A stretch of DNA of 64,000 bases from an uncultured Candidatus Saccharibacteria bacterium (GCA_964357615.1 CAYHMC010000001.1:66602-130601), one strand, 5' to 3'. Positions 1 to 9,214 are shown, counted from the first letter of the stretch. Notes: generated by a model from the letters alone, not told the origin. Made by a program: numbers and translations.

Positions 1-72
1 GAGAAAGGCGATGATGGGTTTTTAAGATCAAATATCGGTGTACATTCTTTTTTTCTCGTTTTTCAAGAAATT

Positions 73-780
73 TTGAAGAATTTTAGAAAATATGATGACA
101 ATCCAATCGACTCAGATGTTGAATACACAAAACAAATTCAAAAGTTGTTAAATACTATCAGGCCAAATTTAGAGAATTTAACTGAAGATGAAATTTCAGA
201 CTTTAAGAAAGGAAGCTCGGAGAGATGGTTTTCTGAGAACGCGAAGAAGATTTGTAGTTGGATCAAAGACAAAATTCCTGAATTTAGTCCAGAAATATTA
301 AATGGAGATGAAAACGAACAAGATGGTGGGTTGATTACAAATCCAAATCAAATGATAGATAAAGTAGAGGAAGAAATTAGAAATAAGATACATTCTATAT
401 TGTTAGAAGGATGTGGAATAAATTACTGGGGATATGCAGTCCCAGAAGACATTCGCATAGTTGTAGATAAAAAAATAAAAGATGAAATTTTTAAATTTCC
501 GATGAAATCTGAGTCTGACTATCTTAATGGAGAAAAAAGAATTCAATTCTGTGAGATAAATGACTATTCAAAAATTATTATTTCTAATCAAAATTGGAAA
601 TTTTTTGAAAAATTATTTAAATCTAAATCTTCAGTTGAGACAAGGTTTAAAAATCTTAATGAATTTAGAAAACGTATTAAACATGGAAGAAAAGATGAAA
701 ACATTGACTCAATAATTGGGAAAGACGGAGAGGCGGCAATTGATTGGTTTTCTAAAGTATTAGGTATAGACCAAAGCTAG
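73..780 (+). CDS. Hypothetical cytoplasmic protein with a C-terminal HEPN-like Rx4H motif (FRKRIKHGRK). The reading frame is open back to window position 1, so the gene may start upstream of the window.
   Basis: 235-aa ORF. Lys/Glu-rich with no TM segment. RKRIKH fits the HEPN Rx4-6H signature near the C-terminus. The frame has no stop between positions 1 and 72. Confidence 0.5.
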   Translation: MKNFRKYDDNPIDSDVEYTKQIQKLLNTIRPNLENLTEDEISDFKKGSSERWFSENAKKICSWIKDKIPEFSPEILNGDENEQDGGLITNPNQMIDKVEEEIRNKIHSILLEGCGINYWGYAVPEDIRIVVDKKIKDEIFKFPMKSESDYLNGEKRIQFCEINDYSKIIISNQNWKFFEKLFKSKSSVETRFKNLNEFRKRIKHGRKDENIDSIIGKDGEAAIDWFSKVLGIDQS

Positions 781-802
781 GAATTTTTTGATATAATATT
801 TT

Positions 803-1462
803 TTAAATTATCTGCCCATCATCTAACTTAATAGTTCTTTGTGCAATTTTGCCATATTCAGGTTCGTGGGTAACCATAATAATAGTTTGGCCTTTGCTGT
901 GCAGTTCTTTAAATATATCGATAACTGCATTTGAAGATTCATTATCTAGGTTTGCAGTTGGTTCATCTGCAAAAAGTATTTTTGGCTCGTGGGCTATGGC
1001 TCTTGCAATAGAAACTCTTTGCTGTTCACCACCAGAGAGCATTGATGGCAAATTACTTGGCCTATGATTTAGACCAACAAGTGAAAGTGAGTGAAGTGCT
1101 TTGTCATATGATTCGCTTTTGCTGTAACCCTGAGCAAGAAGGGGGAGTGCAACATTTTCTAGAGCAGTTAGATCTGGTAAAAGTGCATAGTCTTGAAAAA
1201 CATAACCAAATTTTACTAGCCTAAGCCAGGCTCTTTCTTTTGCATTCATTTTGCTTGCGGGTTCATTGTCTATAAACACTTCGCCCGAGCTTGGTTCATC
1301 AAGTAAGCTTATTTGATAAAGCAGTGTACTTTTGCCCGCACCAGAGCGACCCATTATTGTTACAAATTCGCCATTTTGAACTTTAAAATTAATTCCACGC
1401 AAAACTTCTGTTTCATGATCTCCGTTTTTGAATACTTTTTTAAGATTTTTTGTTTCTATCAT
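803..1462 (-). CDS. ABC transporter ATP-binding protein (LolD/MacB/FtsE-like)
   Basis: Walker A GRSGAGKST, ABC signature LSGGEQQRVSIARA, Walker B ILFADEPTANLD, and an H-loop MVTHE. Confidence 0.9.
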   Translation of the reverse strand: MIETKNLKKVFKNGDHETEVLRGINFKVQNGEFVTIMGRSGAGKSTLLYQISLLDEPSSGEVFIDNEPASKMNAKERAWLRLVKFGYVFQDYALLPDLTALENVALPLLAQGYSKSESYDKALHSLSLVGLNHRPSNLPSMLSGGEQQRVSIARAIAHEPKILFADEPTANLDNESSNAVIDIFKELHSKGQTIIMVTHEPEYGKIAQRTIKLDDGQII

Positions 1463-1642
1463 GTTTTTTGCTTTTTTAGTCTAAGATCTTTTATGCAATA
1501 TTTTTCATAACGAGATCTTTAAATTTCAGGCGAGACAAAGTGAAAATTATGATGCATATACAGAGTATACGCTGAAGAATTTTCACAAAGTCGAAGTCCA
1601 AATTTTAAAATTGTAGTAGAAAAGGTATTGCATGCAAGGTCT

Positions 1643-2893
1643 TTAATTACGGCCCAAAATAGAATCTAGGATATTCTTTTTTACAATCATTCTTGCTGGC
1701 AAGTAACCCGCTAAAATAGTTGTAACTATAAGTAGCAAAACTCTTATCGCTGTACCTCCGATTGGTGCGGCGAGTATTCCGTCGCCAAATGGAAAATCTA
1801 TTGGGTTTTTAAGAAAGTGAGGAACAAGAAAACCATAAATAAGCACTAGGCCAATACCAGAACCAGCAATTGCATAAAATAATGATTGGAACATGTATGA
1901 GATTTCTATTGCTCCACCACTAATGCCTATTCCACGCAAAATACCAATAAACTTTCGTCGCGTAATTGCATTTATAAAAACTACAATAAAAATAGTAATT
2001 GCCGCCACAACCAAACCAATTGAGCTTAGGCCATTGCCCAAAAGCGCAAAGGTTGTTGATATATCTTTCACATTGCTTGGGATGCCTTCTGCAAATGTTT
2101 GCACTTTGGTATCCGAAGTTGCATAAAACTTTAAATTATCACGAAATTCTTCTGGACTAACACCAGGTTTTAATTTCATAACTATTTGACTAACATTATT
2201 GTCGTCTCTATTTACTAGCGCACGAAGTTGTTTGTCGGTCATAAAAACACTCATACCCATTTCAATTTTGCTTTTTATTATTCCCTTAACAATAACCTCA
2301 CGGCGCACATCGTTGATTGAAAGTCTTATTCGCGAACCAATACCAACATTTCTTAAATTATCTTCTCCGGTAGGGGATTTCTCTTGATATTGTGTTAATA
2401 GATACCATCCAATAAGTACTTTATCAAAATCTTCAGGGTCTAAATAATTTCCCTCTATAACTTGCTCGGAAAGTTTTGAAAATTTATCTTCTAGGGTTGG
2501 ATCAATGCCTATTACTTGGGCTCCGACCGTGTTTGCTTTTTTATTTAAATCCGTTCTGGTTTTATAATTTGCTTCTACGCTACCGCCGGAAACATATCTC
2601 GCAGAGTATGACAAAATTTCTGATGAGTTTTCTATAATCGAAATAAGTTGAGAGCTATTTTCAATATAATTTTTATTTTCTCCAGCTGATATTGCCACAT
2701 CCCCAAATTGTTTAGATTGATAAATTGAATTAATGCCCTCCACGATTCCTACTAAAACTCCCGTTACAATTACAAGGTTTAAAAATGTAAGAAACATTAC
2801 AAAAACAATAAGACCAGTTGTCCATAAACTTGCGCGTCGTAGTTGTCGCCATGCAAGATACCAGCCTATGCGCATATTTGAAATTGAAAACAT
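1643..2893 (-). CDS. ABC transporter permease, FtsX/MacB-like (N-terminal TM, large extracytoplasmic loop, C-terminal 3 TM)
   Basis: 416 aa with MacB-like topology. It lies immediately upstream of and co-oriented with the ATPase gene. Confidence 0.8.
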   Translation of the reverse strand: MFSISNMRIGWYLAWRQLRRASLWTTGLIVFVMFLTFLNLVIVTGVLVGIVEGINSIYQSKQFGDVAISAGENKNYIENSSQLISIIENSSEILSYSARYVSGGSVEANYKTRTDLNKKANTVGAQVIGIDPTLEDKFSKLSEQVIEGNYLDPEDFDKVLIGWYLLTQYQEKSPTGEDNLRNVGIGSRIRLSINDVRREVIVKGIIKSKIEMGMSVFMTDKQLRALVNRDDNNVSQIVMKLKPGVSPEEFRDNLKFYATSDTKVQTFAEGIPSNVKDISTTFALLGNGLSSIGLVVAAITIFIVVFINAITRRKFIGILRGIGISGGAIEISYMFQSLFYAIAGSGIGLVLIYGFLVPHFLKNPIDFPFGDGILAAPIGGTAIRVLLLIVTTILAGYLPARMIVKKNILDSILGRN

Positions 2894-2911
2894 TTATTTA
2901 AGTTTATTTAA

Positions 2912-3655
2912 CTAATCGGACAGCAAAGCATTTATTCTTCCGTTATTTATATTCTTTTTTTCTTCAGCTGACAATAATTCAAAGACTTCTTTAAATTTAG
3001 CTCTTGCGTCTAAAAGTTTTTCTCCTAGTGATTTTTCAGCTTCAGTTATCATTTTTGCCATTTGGAAAAGAAAATAAGCATATTCGCTACTATGAGAACC
3101 ATATGTTGGGTCGACATCCACTAAGTAAATATGGTTTTCTGTTTCATTTTTTCTTTTTCCGTAAACAAATTGGACATTATCAAAGTCATTTAAAATGTCT
3201 TCATTTGTGGAGTGTTTATCTTCAAAGTATCTTAGTAAATTTATGTATAATTCTTCTAACTCTTCGATATATACATCATCATTTTCACCCGAAGTTCTTT
3301 CGTCAAGATTTTTTCCGTGAACACGTTCAATAATAGTGTATAAGGCTGGATAACCGTGTTCATCTTTTCCAATTACAAATTGTGTTTTTGGAATACGAAT
3401 ATTGTATTTTTCTTGCAATTCCGCAAAATACTTTTCTCCTTTTTTATAGTGTTCAATTCTATGCTTTTTTTCTTTTTCTGATTCACCAATATATGTGGAT
3501 ACTCTTATAACGATATCGTGGTTATTTTCTAAAGTTTTAATTTTGAATCCTTTTTCTGGCGCAAAGTCGGCGCCTTTTAAATTTCCTAAAAAAGGTAATT
3601 CTGGATTATCTCCTAGCGAGTCATAGTTTTTTTGTTCAAAGTTTTTTCTATCCAT
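2912..3655 (-). CDS. Hypothetical cytoplasmic protein (possible kinase-like fold, not assignable)
   Basis: 247-aa ORF, Glu/Lys-rich, with a YLVDVDP segment. I could not recall a confident family match. Confidence 0.55.
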   Translation of the reverse strand: MDRKNFEQKNYDSLGDNPELPFLGNLKGADFAPEKGFKIKTLENNHDIVIRVSTYIGESEKEKKHRIEHYKKGEKYFAELQEKYNIRIPKTQFVIGKDEHGYPALYTIIERVHGKNLDERTSGENDDVYIEELEELYINLLRYFEDKHSTNEDILNDFDNVQFVYGKRKNETENHIYLVDVDPTYGSHSSEYAYFLFQMAKMITEAEKSLGEKLLDARAKFKEVFELLSAEEKKNINNGRINALLSD

Positions 3656-3667
3656 AAAATTCCGCCA

Positions 3668-3717
3668 CGGGAAAATATATCTTTTCCCGACCCTGCCTGC
3701 GCAGGCAGGACCTTTTT
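3668..3717 (-). terminator. Two adjacent perfect hairpins between tRNA-Gln and the downstream CDS. They are CGGGAAAA-tatatc-TTTTCCCG (3668-3689) and CCTGCCTGC/GCAGGCAGG (3692-3709), followed by a T-run on the plus strand.
   Basis: Inverted repeats read directly from the sequence. They sit downstream of the tRNA-Gln 3' end and abut the start codon of the 2912-3655 gene. Confidence 0.4.
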
Positions 3718-3783
3718 AGTTCAAATCCAGCTCCTCAATTAGATACCAAAATAAACACCTAAAGATATTATTTTTGATATTTG

Positions 3784-3854
3784 CTGGGAGGCTTGGATTC
3801 GAACCAAGATAGCCGCCTTCAAAGGGCGGAGTCCTGCCATTAGACGATCTCCCA
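3784..3854 (-). tRNA. tRNA-Gln (anticodon UUG)
   Basis: The reverse complement gives UGGGAGAUCGUCUAAUGGCAGGACUCCGCCCUUUGAAGGCGGCUAUCUUGGUUCGAAUCCAAGCCUCCCAG. The anticodon stem is CCGCC/GGCGG with loop CUUUGAA. The T-loop is GGUUCGAAUCC. The U1:A72 pair is typical of bacterial tRNA-Gln. CCA is not encoded. Confidence 0.85.
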
Positions 3855-3914
3855 ATGATAATAATATTATAACAAAAAAAACGGAAAATCCAGTTTTTAA
3901 TGATATAATTATCT

Positions 3915-3952
3915 TATATCAAAATCACAAAATAAAACTGTAAAAACAAATG
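3915..3952. repeat. Direct repeat copy 1 (tatatcaaaatcacaaaataaaactgtaaaaacaaatg), 70 nt upstream of the EamA gene
   Basis: 36 of 38 nt identical to the copy at 4969-5006. The 30-nt core is exact. Confidence 0.8.
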
Positions 3953-4022
3953 AAAATAAAGAAAATATTGATAAAAGAAAAAAATCCTTTATTATTTCCT
4001 TAGTTAGTACGACTCAATTTAA

Positions 4023-4946
4023 ATGATGAACTCGACTATTTCAAATACGCGCTCAAATAAACAAGGCGTTTTATTAATTGTCCTTTCTACATTGGCGTTT
4101 GGTAGTTATGGTGTTTGGGCACGACTTATAGGGAATTCGCTTGGAATATTTTACCAAAGCTGGGCGCGATCTCTTTTAATTGCTCTTATACTTTTACCAA
4201 TGCTATTGTATAAAAAAGAATTTGTTTTTATTAAAATAAAATATTGGAGATGGCTTTTTGTGTTCCTTATATTTACTTCGCTAACACAAGCACCAATTTT
4301 CTATGCGTATAATCACATGGATATTGCAACAGCGTCATTGATTTATTTTGTTTCCACACTTTTAACAATGTATGCAGTTGGTTTTGCATTTCTAGAAGAA
4401 AAAGTTAATACGGTTAAGAGTATTTCATTTCTTGTTGCCTGTGTTGGACTGTTTTTTATATTCTCGGTATCAATAAAAGAATTTTCCTTGCTGGCTGCAT
4501 CTATGGCACTTTTAAATGGAATAGCTAGTGGTGGTGAGCTCGCTTTTTCTAAAAAATTGACCAATGTATATTCGCCACTATTTATTGTTTGGTTAAGCTG
4601 GATTATCATTGCGCTTACAAATGGACCAGTATCTCTTTTTATGGGAGAACATCAAGTTTTGCCTGAGTTGTCATTGCCTTGGTTATATCTAGGAGGTTAT
4701 GCTGTGGCAAGCATCTTTGGATTCTGGTTAGTGATAGCTGGTATGAAATATGTCGAGGCAAGCATCAGCGGTCTTCTTGGGTTATTGGAAATTGTTTTTA
4801 GTGTGGCATTTGGCATCTTTCTTTTTGGTGAAGCGCTTACCCTAAAAGTAGTGCTTGGAATGGGACTTATTTTAATTGCAGCAGCTTTACCGCACCTATT
4901 CAATTACTTCGACTCTTCTTATAAAAATTCCACCGTAGTTTTATAG
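4023..4946 (+). CDS. DMT-superfamily (EamA-like) membrane transporter, about 10 TM
   Basis: 307 aa. Two EamA-like 5-TM halves, hydrophobic throughout. Confidence 0.75.
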   Translation: MMNSTISNTRSNKQGVLLIVLSTLAFGSYGVWARLIGNSLGIFYQSWARSLLIALILLPMLLYKKEFVFIKIKYWRWLFVFLIFTSLTQAPIFYAYNHMDIATASLIYFVSTLLTMYAVGFAFLEEKVNTVKSISFLVACVGLFFIFSVSIKEFSLLAASMALLNGIASGGELAFSKKLTNVYSPLFIVWLSWIIIALTNGPVSLFMGEHQVLPELSLPWLYLGGYAVASIFGFWLVIAGMKYVEASISGLLGLLEIVFSVAFGIFLFGEALTLKVVLGMGLILIAAALPHLFNYFDSSYKNSTVVL

Positions 4947-4968
4947 GTATTTAGAATTAATTAAATAT

Positions 4969-5006
4969 TATGTCAAAATCACAAAATAAAACTGTAAAAA
5001 CATATG
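4969..5006. repeat. Direct repeat copy 2 (tatgtcaaaatcacaaaataaaactgtaaaaacatatg), about 20 nt downstream of the EamA stop
   Basis: Matches copy 1. It lies between the convergent gene ends at 4946 and 5061. Confidence 0.8.
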
Positions 5007-5060
5007 CAAGCGTTGCTGATTTTATTGAAAAAATATAAAGTGAAATAGTTTTTTCTGGTT

Positions 5061-6248
5061 TTAAAATAACTTTGGATTGATGCGAATTATTTTGTCGTCA
5101 TTTGGATCGAAACTGCCCCTACCATCTGTATTTGAAGTTGTTATGTAAAGTAAGTTATCTGGACCTAAGACTACTGCGCGTATGCGACCAAATTCTTTTC
5201 TTAAATGTGATTTAAGGGAAACTTTATTGCCCTCTAAAAGTTTTGCTTCGTAAATAGATTCACCCCGAAGACCAGCAAAGAAAAGTGAATTATTATAATA
5301 TGCAATTCCTGCTGGTGCCCAAGTTTCATTTGCTCCGGATTGCACAATTGGTGATACCATTCCTTCTTTTGATTCTGCTCCTCGAATAGTTGGCCAGCCA
5401 TAATTTTTACCAGATTCAATTAAATTTAATTCGTCGTGTCCAGACTCGGCTCCAGAGGGGCCATGCTCTGTTGCCCACATGCGACCTAGGTTGTCCCAAG
5501 TAATCCCTTGAACATTACGATGACCATATGACCACACTTCATTTTTGAATGGATTGTCTTTTGGAATAGAGCCGTCGTCTTTTATTCTAAGAATTTTACC
5601 ATCTAAAGATTTTGTATTTTGTGCTAATTCAGTTTTTCCTGCATCTCCTGCTGTAACATAAAGATAATTTCCATTTTCGCTTGATGGACCAAATGCAATT
5701 CTTCCACCGTCGTGGTTTGAAGCACCAGGAATATTATTTAAGATAACTTTTCTTTCTGATAGGCGATCATCGCCAAGCGTGTATCGCTCAACTCTATTTA
5801 TTAAGCCGTTATCGCTTTTGGTTGTAAGGTAGAGATAAATCCATTTATTATCTTTAAATTGTGGATGCATTGTGAGCCCAAGAAGGCCACCTTCGCCAGA
5901 ATGATTAACACCTTCGATTTTATAGGTGCGACCTTCTTTGCCTATTCTTTTTAGTGTTCCTGGGCGTTCGGTTACTAATAAATCACCATTAGGAAGAAAT
6001 GCTATCTCCCAAGGAATTTCAAGTTTTTCTGCAACTATTTCCCAGTCTTTTACTGTGCTTGTATTGGTCGTTGTTGTGCTGGTTTGAATTGGTGCTTTAC
6101 TTGTGCTTAACTTTAGACCTTCCTCTAAGGTTGTTTCAGTTGGTCTAAAGAAAAATTTAAAAATTTGATCGCGTAAAGAAAAAACGCTAATTATTACTAA
6201 AATAATTAGTGAAATTATTATTAAAATAAATTTTTTAAATTTCCCCAT
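5061..6248 (-). CDS. PQQ-dependent soluble sugar (glucose/sorbosone) dehydrogenase-like beta-propeller protein with an N-terminal membrane anchor
   Basis: The IAFLPNGDLLVTERPGTLKRI motif, the WSYGHRNVQGITWD and GPSGAESGHDELNLI segments, and a Thr-rich linker after the TM helix. Confidence 0.75.
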   Translation of the reverse strand: MGKFKKFILIIISLIILVIISVFSLRDQIFKFFFRPTETTLEEGLKLSTSKAPIQTSTTTTNTSTVKDWEIVAEKLEIPWEIAFLPNGDLLVTERPGTLKRIGKEGRTYKIEGVNHSGEGGLLGLTMHPQFKDNKWIYLYLTTKSDNGLINRVERYTLGDDRLSERKVILNNIPGASNHDGGRIAFGPSSENGNYLYVTAGDAGKTELAQNTKSLDGKILRIKDDGSIPKDNPFKNEVWSYGHRNVQGITWDNLGRMWATEHGPSGAESGHDELNLIESGKNYGWPTIRGAESKEGMVSPIVQSGANETWAPAGIAYYNNSLFFAGLRGESIYEAKLLEGNKVSLKSHLRKEFGRIRAVVLGPDNLLYITTSNTDGRGSFDPNDDKIIRINPKLF

Positions 6249-6249
6249 T

Positions 6250-6522
6250 TTATTTTATGAATCTATATTTATGCTCTACATAAATAACTCTCCACCAATA
6301 TTTTCCTTGCTTATAGCCCAAAACAATTCCTCCCATAAGAAGTATTAATGATCCTATGTGATGAATAAGGTACCAGTTGCTCCAGCTAAGACCAAGCCCG
6401 TATTTTCTAAAATCTTTAATAAGTAAATTGAGTATTGAGATTTCTAAAAATGCATGAATTAGAAAGCTGACAATGATTCCCAAAAGAGTAAAAAGAGAAA
6501 TATATAAAGTTTTTTTAGTCAT
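6250..6522 (-). CDS. Small integral membrane protein (2-3 TM), co-transcribed with the dehydrogenase
   Basis: 90-aa hydrophobic ORF. Its stop is 2 nt before the downstream gene start. Confidence 0.5.
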   Translation of the reverse strand: MTKKTLYISLFTLLGIIVSFLIHAFLEISILNLLIKDFRKYGLGLSWSNWYLIHHIGSLILLMGGIVLGYKQGKYWWRVIYVEHKYRFIK

Positions 6523-6655
6523 AATCTTTATTATACACGAAAAAAGAGGAATTTTTAGGACAGCATAATAAGATTGTTACATTTTCTTCCAAATCTCGTA
6601 TTATATATTATGAAAGTTCGTCGTATTAAAATTAATAATCATTTAAGTTAAAGAT

Positions 6656-7225
6656 ATGAAACAAAAAACAATTATGTTAGTAGGTTTGGCAGTAATTTTG
6701 ATAGTAGCAGGGGGATGTTATATTTTTTCAACAAAAAATAATGGTGATGTAGTTTTGGATTCAACTCCTAAAAATGTAACTCTTTCTGGGGAGTATGCTT
6801 GTTTGCCACATTTAAATCCAAGTGAAGACACAACAAAAGAATGTGCATTTGGATTAAAAACTGATGATGGTGTCTACTATGCGATTAATTTTGGTGAATC
6901 AGCGAACGCGATGGAATTATTTCAAAGTGGCGCACGCATTAGCGCAGAAGGATTTGTGGTAATAAAAGAAGCACTAAGCACAGACCAGTGGGCTAAATAT
7001 AATATGAAAGGAATATTTACAATTACTAAATTTATTGATGGACAGATACCCGTACAAGGCAAACTTAATATTAACGCAATATGTGAAGGAGCCCTTGCTT
7101 ATATGACATTTAAAGATGGGAAATCTGCAGATGCATTTGTTCTAGAATGCAAAGATGGAAAGCATCCTGAAGTAATCGAAAAATATAAAAAAGATATGGG
7201 GCTAGGGGATGGATCAACAATTTAA
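6656..7225 (+). CDS. Putative secreted lipoprotein (signal peptide, lipobox VAGGC)
   Basis: N-terminal hydrophobic segment followed by a Cys. 189 aa. Confidence 0.55.
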   Translation: MKQKTIMLVGLAVILIVAGGCYIFSTKNNGDVVLDSTPKNVTLSGEYACLPHLNPSEDTTKECAFGLKTDDGVYYAINFGESANAMELFQSGARISAEGFVVIKEALSTDQWAKYNMKGIFTITKFIDGQIPVQGKLNINAICEGALAYMTFKDGKSADAFVLECKDGKHPEVIEKYKKDMGLGDGSTI

Positions 7226-7295
7226 ACTTTTATCGCTCGTGCATTCATCTTAATGGTTTCGCACTTCATCATTTTAAAAAATTTGTTAATTAAAA

Positions 7296-7326
7296 TAAAA
7301 ACCGGCATTACTTTTGCCGGCTCACA
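7296..7326 (-). terminator. Rho-independent terminator hairpin CCGGCA-aaagtaat-GCCGG followed by a U-run (minus sense)
   Basis: aaaaaccggcattacttttgccggctcac. It is bidirectional in character and lies between the convergent genes 6656-7225 and 7328-7810. Confidence 0.6.
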
Positions 7327-7327
7327 T

Positions 7328-7810
7328 TTATTTTAATGGGTTCTTTTTCTGATCCATTAATTTTAGTTCTGGAATTGTTTTAGATATAAATAGCGCAAAA
7401 TATCTTAAAAATTGTTCTCCGCGCATTATGGTAATGAAACGAGAATTTTCTCTAAGAGCCATTGTTGGATTAAAAGTTAGCAATTGATACTCGCCTTTAG
7501 ATATATATAATTCGCGCTCATATATTTCGTTTAGAATTGGATTTGCAGATAAATTTAATGTTACGAAATTATCATTGGATTCTGGAGGTAGCCAACCAAT
7601 AGGCACGGGGATTATACATTCATATGGTTCGTTATGGGGTGGCGGGAATAATTCTTTACAATTAATTCCTCTTTCAATATATAATCGAAATGTTGAATTG
7701 GAAAGTTTTTTGCTGACGCCACCTCTCTTTAAACTTACACTACCAAAAAATGTTTCTCCGAACATTATTTTCCTTAGATTTGAATATGCTAAAGAAAATT
7801 TAACTAACAA
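7328..7810 (-). CDS. Hypothetical protein
   Basis: 160-aa ORF with no recognisable motif. Confidence 0.45.
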   Translation of the reverse strand: MLVKFSLAYSNLRKIMFGETFFGSVSLKRGGVSKKLSNSTFRLYIERGINCKELFPPPHNEPYECIIPVPIGWLPPESNDNFVTLNLSANPILNEIYERELYISKGEYQLLTFNPTMALRENSRFITIMRGEQFLRYFALFISKTIPELKLMDQKKNPLK

Positions 7811-7833
7811 TTAGTTCGATGTCAATTTAAAGT

Positions 7834-8094
7834 TTAGGTATTTCTACTTTTACCTACGCCATAGTGCATTTTAAAGATTGCAGATAATGCAATGACAAAC
7901 CAAATAACATTTATAAATGTCGAGGGCCAAGCTTTTTGAACAAATGAATTTGATGCAATTCCAATTGCTCCAACTAAATTCATAAAATGATATATGAACG
8001 AACTACTTTTAATTTTCTCAGTTGTAAGTAAATAGTAGGCAAGAAGAATTAAAACAGCACCAACCCAGCCGAAAATCTCTGTAAACACAATCAT
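7834..8094 (-). CDS. Small membrane protein (3 TM)
   Basis: 86-aa hydrophobic ORF. Confidence 0.45.
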   Translation of the reverse strand: MIVFTEIFGWVGAVLILLAYYLLTTEKIKSSSFIYHFMNLVGAIGIASNSFVQKAWPSTFINVIWFVIALSAIFKMHYGVGKSRNT

Positions 8095-8203
8095 ATAGAA
8101 TCCCTTTTGTGATAGCTAGGGTTAGAATAAGCTGATGATTTCGATTGTCAATAACTTTGATAATTTTAGTCCAGTATAATACAATTCCTCTCAGCAATTT
8201 GAG

Positions 8204-8482
8204 GTGAGAATAATGGAAAGCATAGACGAATTTGTTCAAAGAAAAAGAGACGAGATAATAAGTTATATAACTAGTTTTAGAAAAAGCTTAGTTAATGATT
8301 TTGAATTTTGGTCTATTCGGGAATTAAATGATGAAACTAAAAGAAAGTTAAAAGAAAAGCTCGAAGGTATACCATTTAGAAATGTTTTTGGTGAAACAAT
8401 TTATCCTAAAGTGGAATTTTATTTTCACCGTGTCTGGGGAACAATTATAAATATTTTTACAGAAGACAAACCGCAAAAATAA
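8204..8482 (+). CDS. Hypothetical small protein
   Basis: 92 aa. Followed by a hairpin terminator AAACCGC...GCGGTTT plus a T-run at 8466-8497. Confidence 0.45.
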   Translation: MRIMESIDEFVQRKRDEIISYITSFRKSLVNDFEFWSIRELNDETKRKLKEKLEGIPFRNVFGETIYPKVEFYFHRVWGTIINIFTEDKPQK

Positions 8483-8535
8483 TGCGGTTTTATTTTTTGT
8501 GTTTTTCTAATTCAATTTGTATACTTTAAGAGTAA

Positions 8536-9204
8536 ATGAGATTTGAAGAATATGAGGGAAAAACTAAAGATGAACGCCGGATTACTGCTTCAGAAGATGA
8601 ATCTCTTGAAGTAAAAAGATTTATACTTTCAAGAAACCCTGAAGTCCAAGAAAGACTCCGTGTATTAAGGGAGGTTTTTAAGGAACTTCAAGGAAAATAT
8701 CCCGAAATTATTTCACTAAGTTTATATGGATCACTTACAAAGGGTTACGCAACCGAAGACTCTGATATTGATGCATTTTTGCACATAAATGGAGAAATAG
8801 AAAAGCACGAATATTCCAAAGAAGAGTTGTATGAATTATTTGTGGATATAGTAAGAGAAAAATTGAAACTTAATAAAGCACAAGTTGAAAATATAAAATT
8901 TGATGCTCTAAATAAAAAAGAAATTGAAGAAGATTGCAGAAAGGGTTTTGTAGACGAGAGAACACCTATTTTTAGATTGTTTCTTTTATCAATAGACAGA
9001 GATATAAATGAATATAGAAGAGTAGTTTTTGATACTCTAGAATCTATGGGAAAGAAAGGGGAAAATCTTTGGATGACATTAATGACTAGTGTAAGTAGCT
9101 TTGAAAATCATGGTCTTGATGATGGGCTTGAGTCTAGGCGTGGAAAACTCTATCCACAAACATTAGCTGAAGGAAGAAAATATTTTTTAGGAAACTCAAA
9201 TTAA
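8536..9204 (+). CDS. Minimal polbeta-superfamily nucleotidyltransferase with a C-terminal helical domain
   Basis: GS-x9-DxD signature YGSLTKGYATEDSDIDAFLHI. 222 aa. Confidence 0.7.
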   Translation: MRFEEYEGKTKDERRITASEDESLEVKRFILSRNPEVQERLRVLREVFKELQGKYPEIISLSLYGSLTKGYATEDSDIDAFLHINGEIEKHEYSKEELYELFVDIVREKLKLNKAQVENIKFDALNKKEIEEDCRKGFVDERTPIFRLFLLSIDRDINEYRRVVFDTLESMGKKGENLWMTLMTSVSSFENHGLDDGLESRRGKLYPQTLAEGRKYFLGNSN

Positions 9205-9214
9205 TCAGAGTAAT

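Noticed and set aside
3690-3747. A possible second tRNA on the plus strand, suggested by GTTCAAATCC (T-loop-like) followed by ...ACCA.
   Set aside because: No acceptor, D or anticodon stems can be formed around it. The flanking sequence forms two perfect hairpins instead. It is treated as coincidence within the tRNA-Gln downstream hairpin region.
849-4903. Plus-strand and minus-strand ORFs nested antisense inside larger CDSs (for example 849-1067, 1042-1224, 1893-2126, 2199-2387, 3004-3333, 4343-4609, 4697-4903, and many similar throughout the track).
   Set aside because: They lie antisense to or out of frame with well-supported genes, are of low complexity or Cys/Arg-rich, and lack start signals. 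They are judged spurious.
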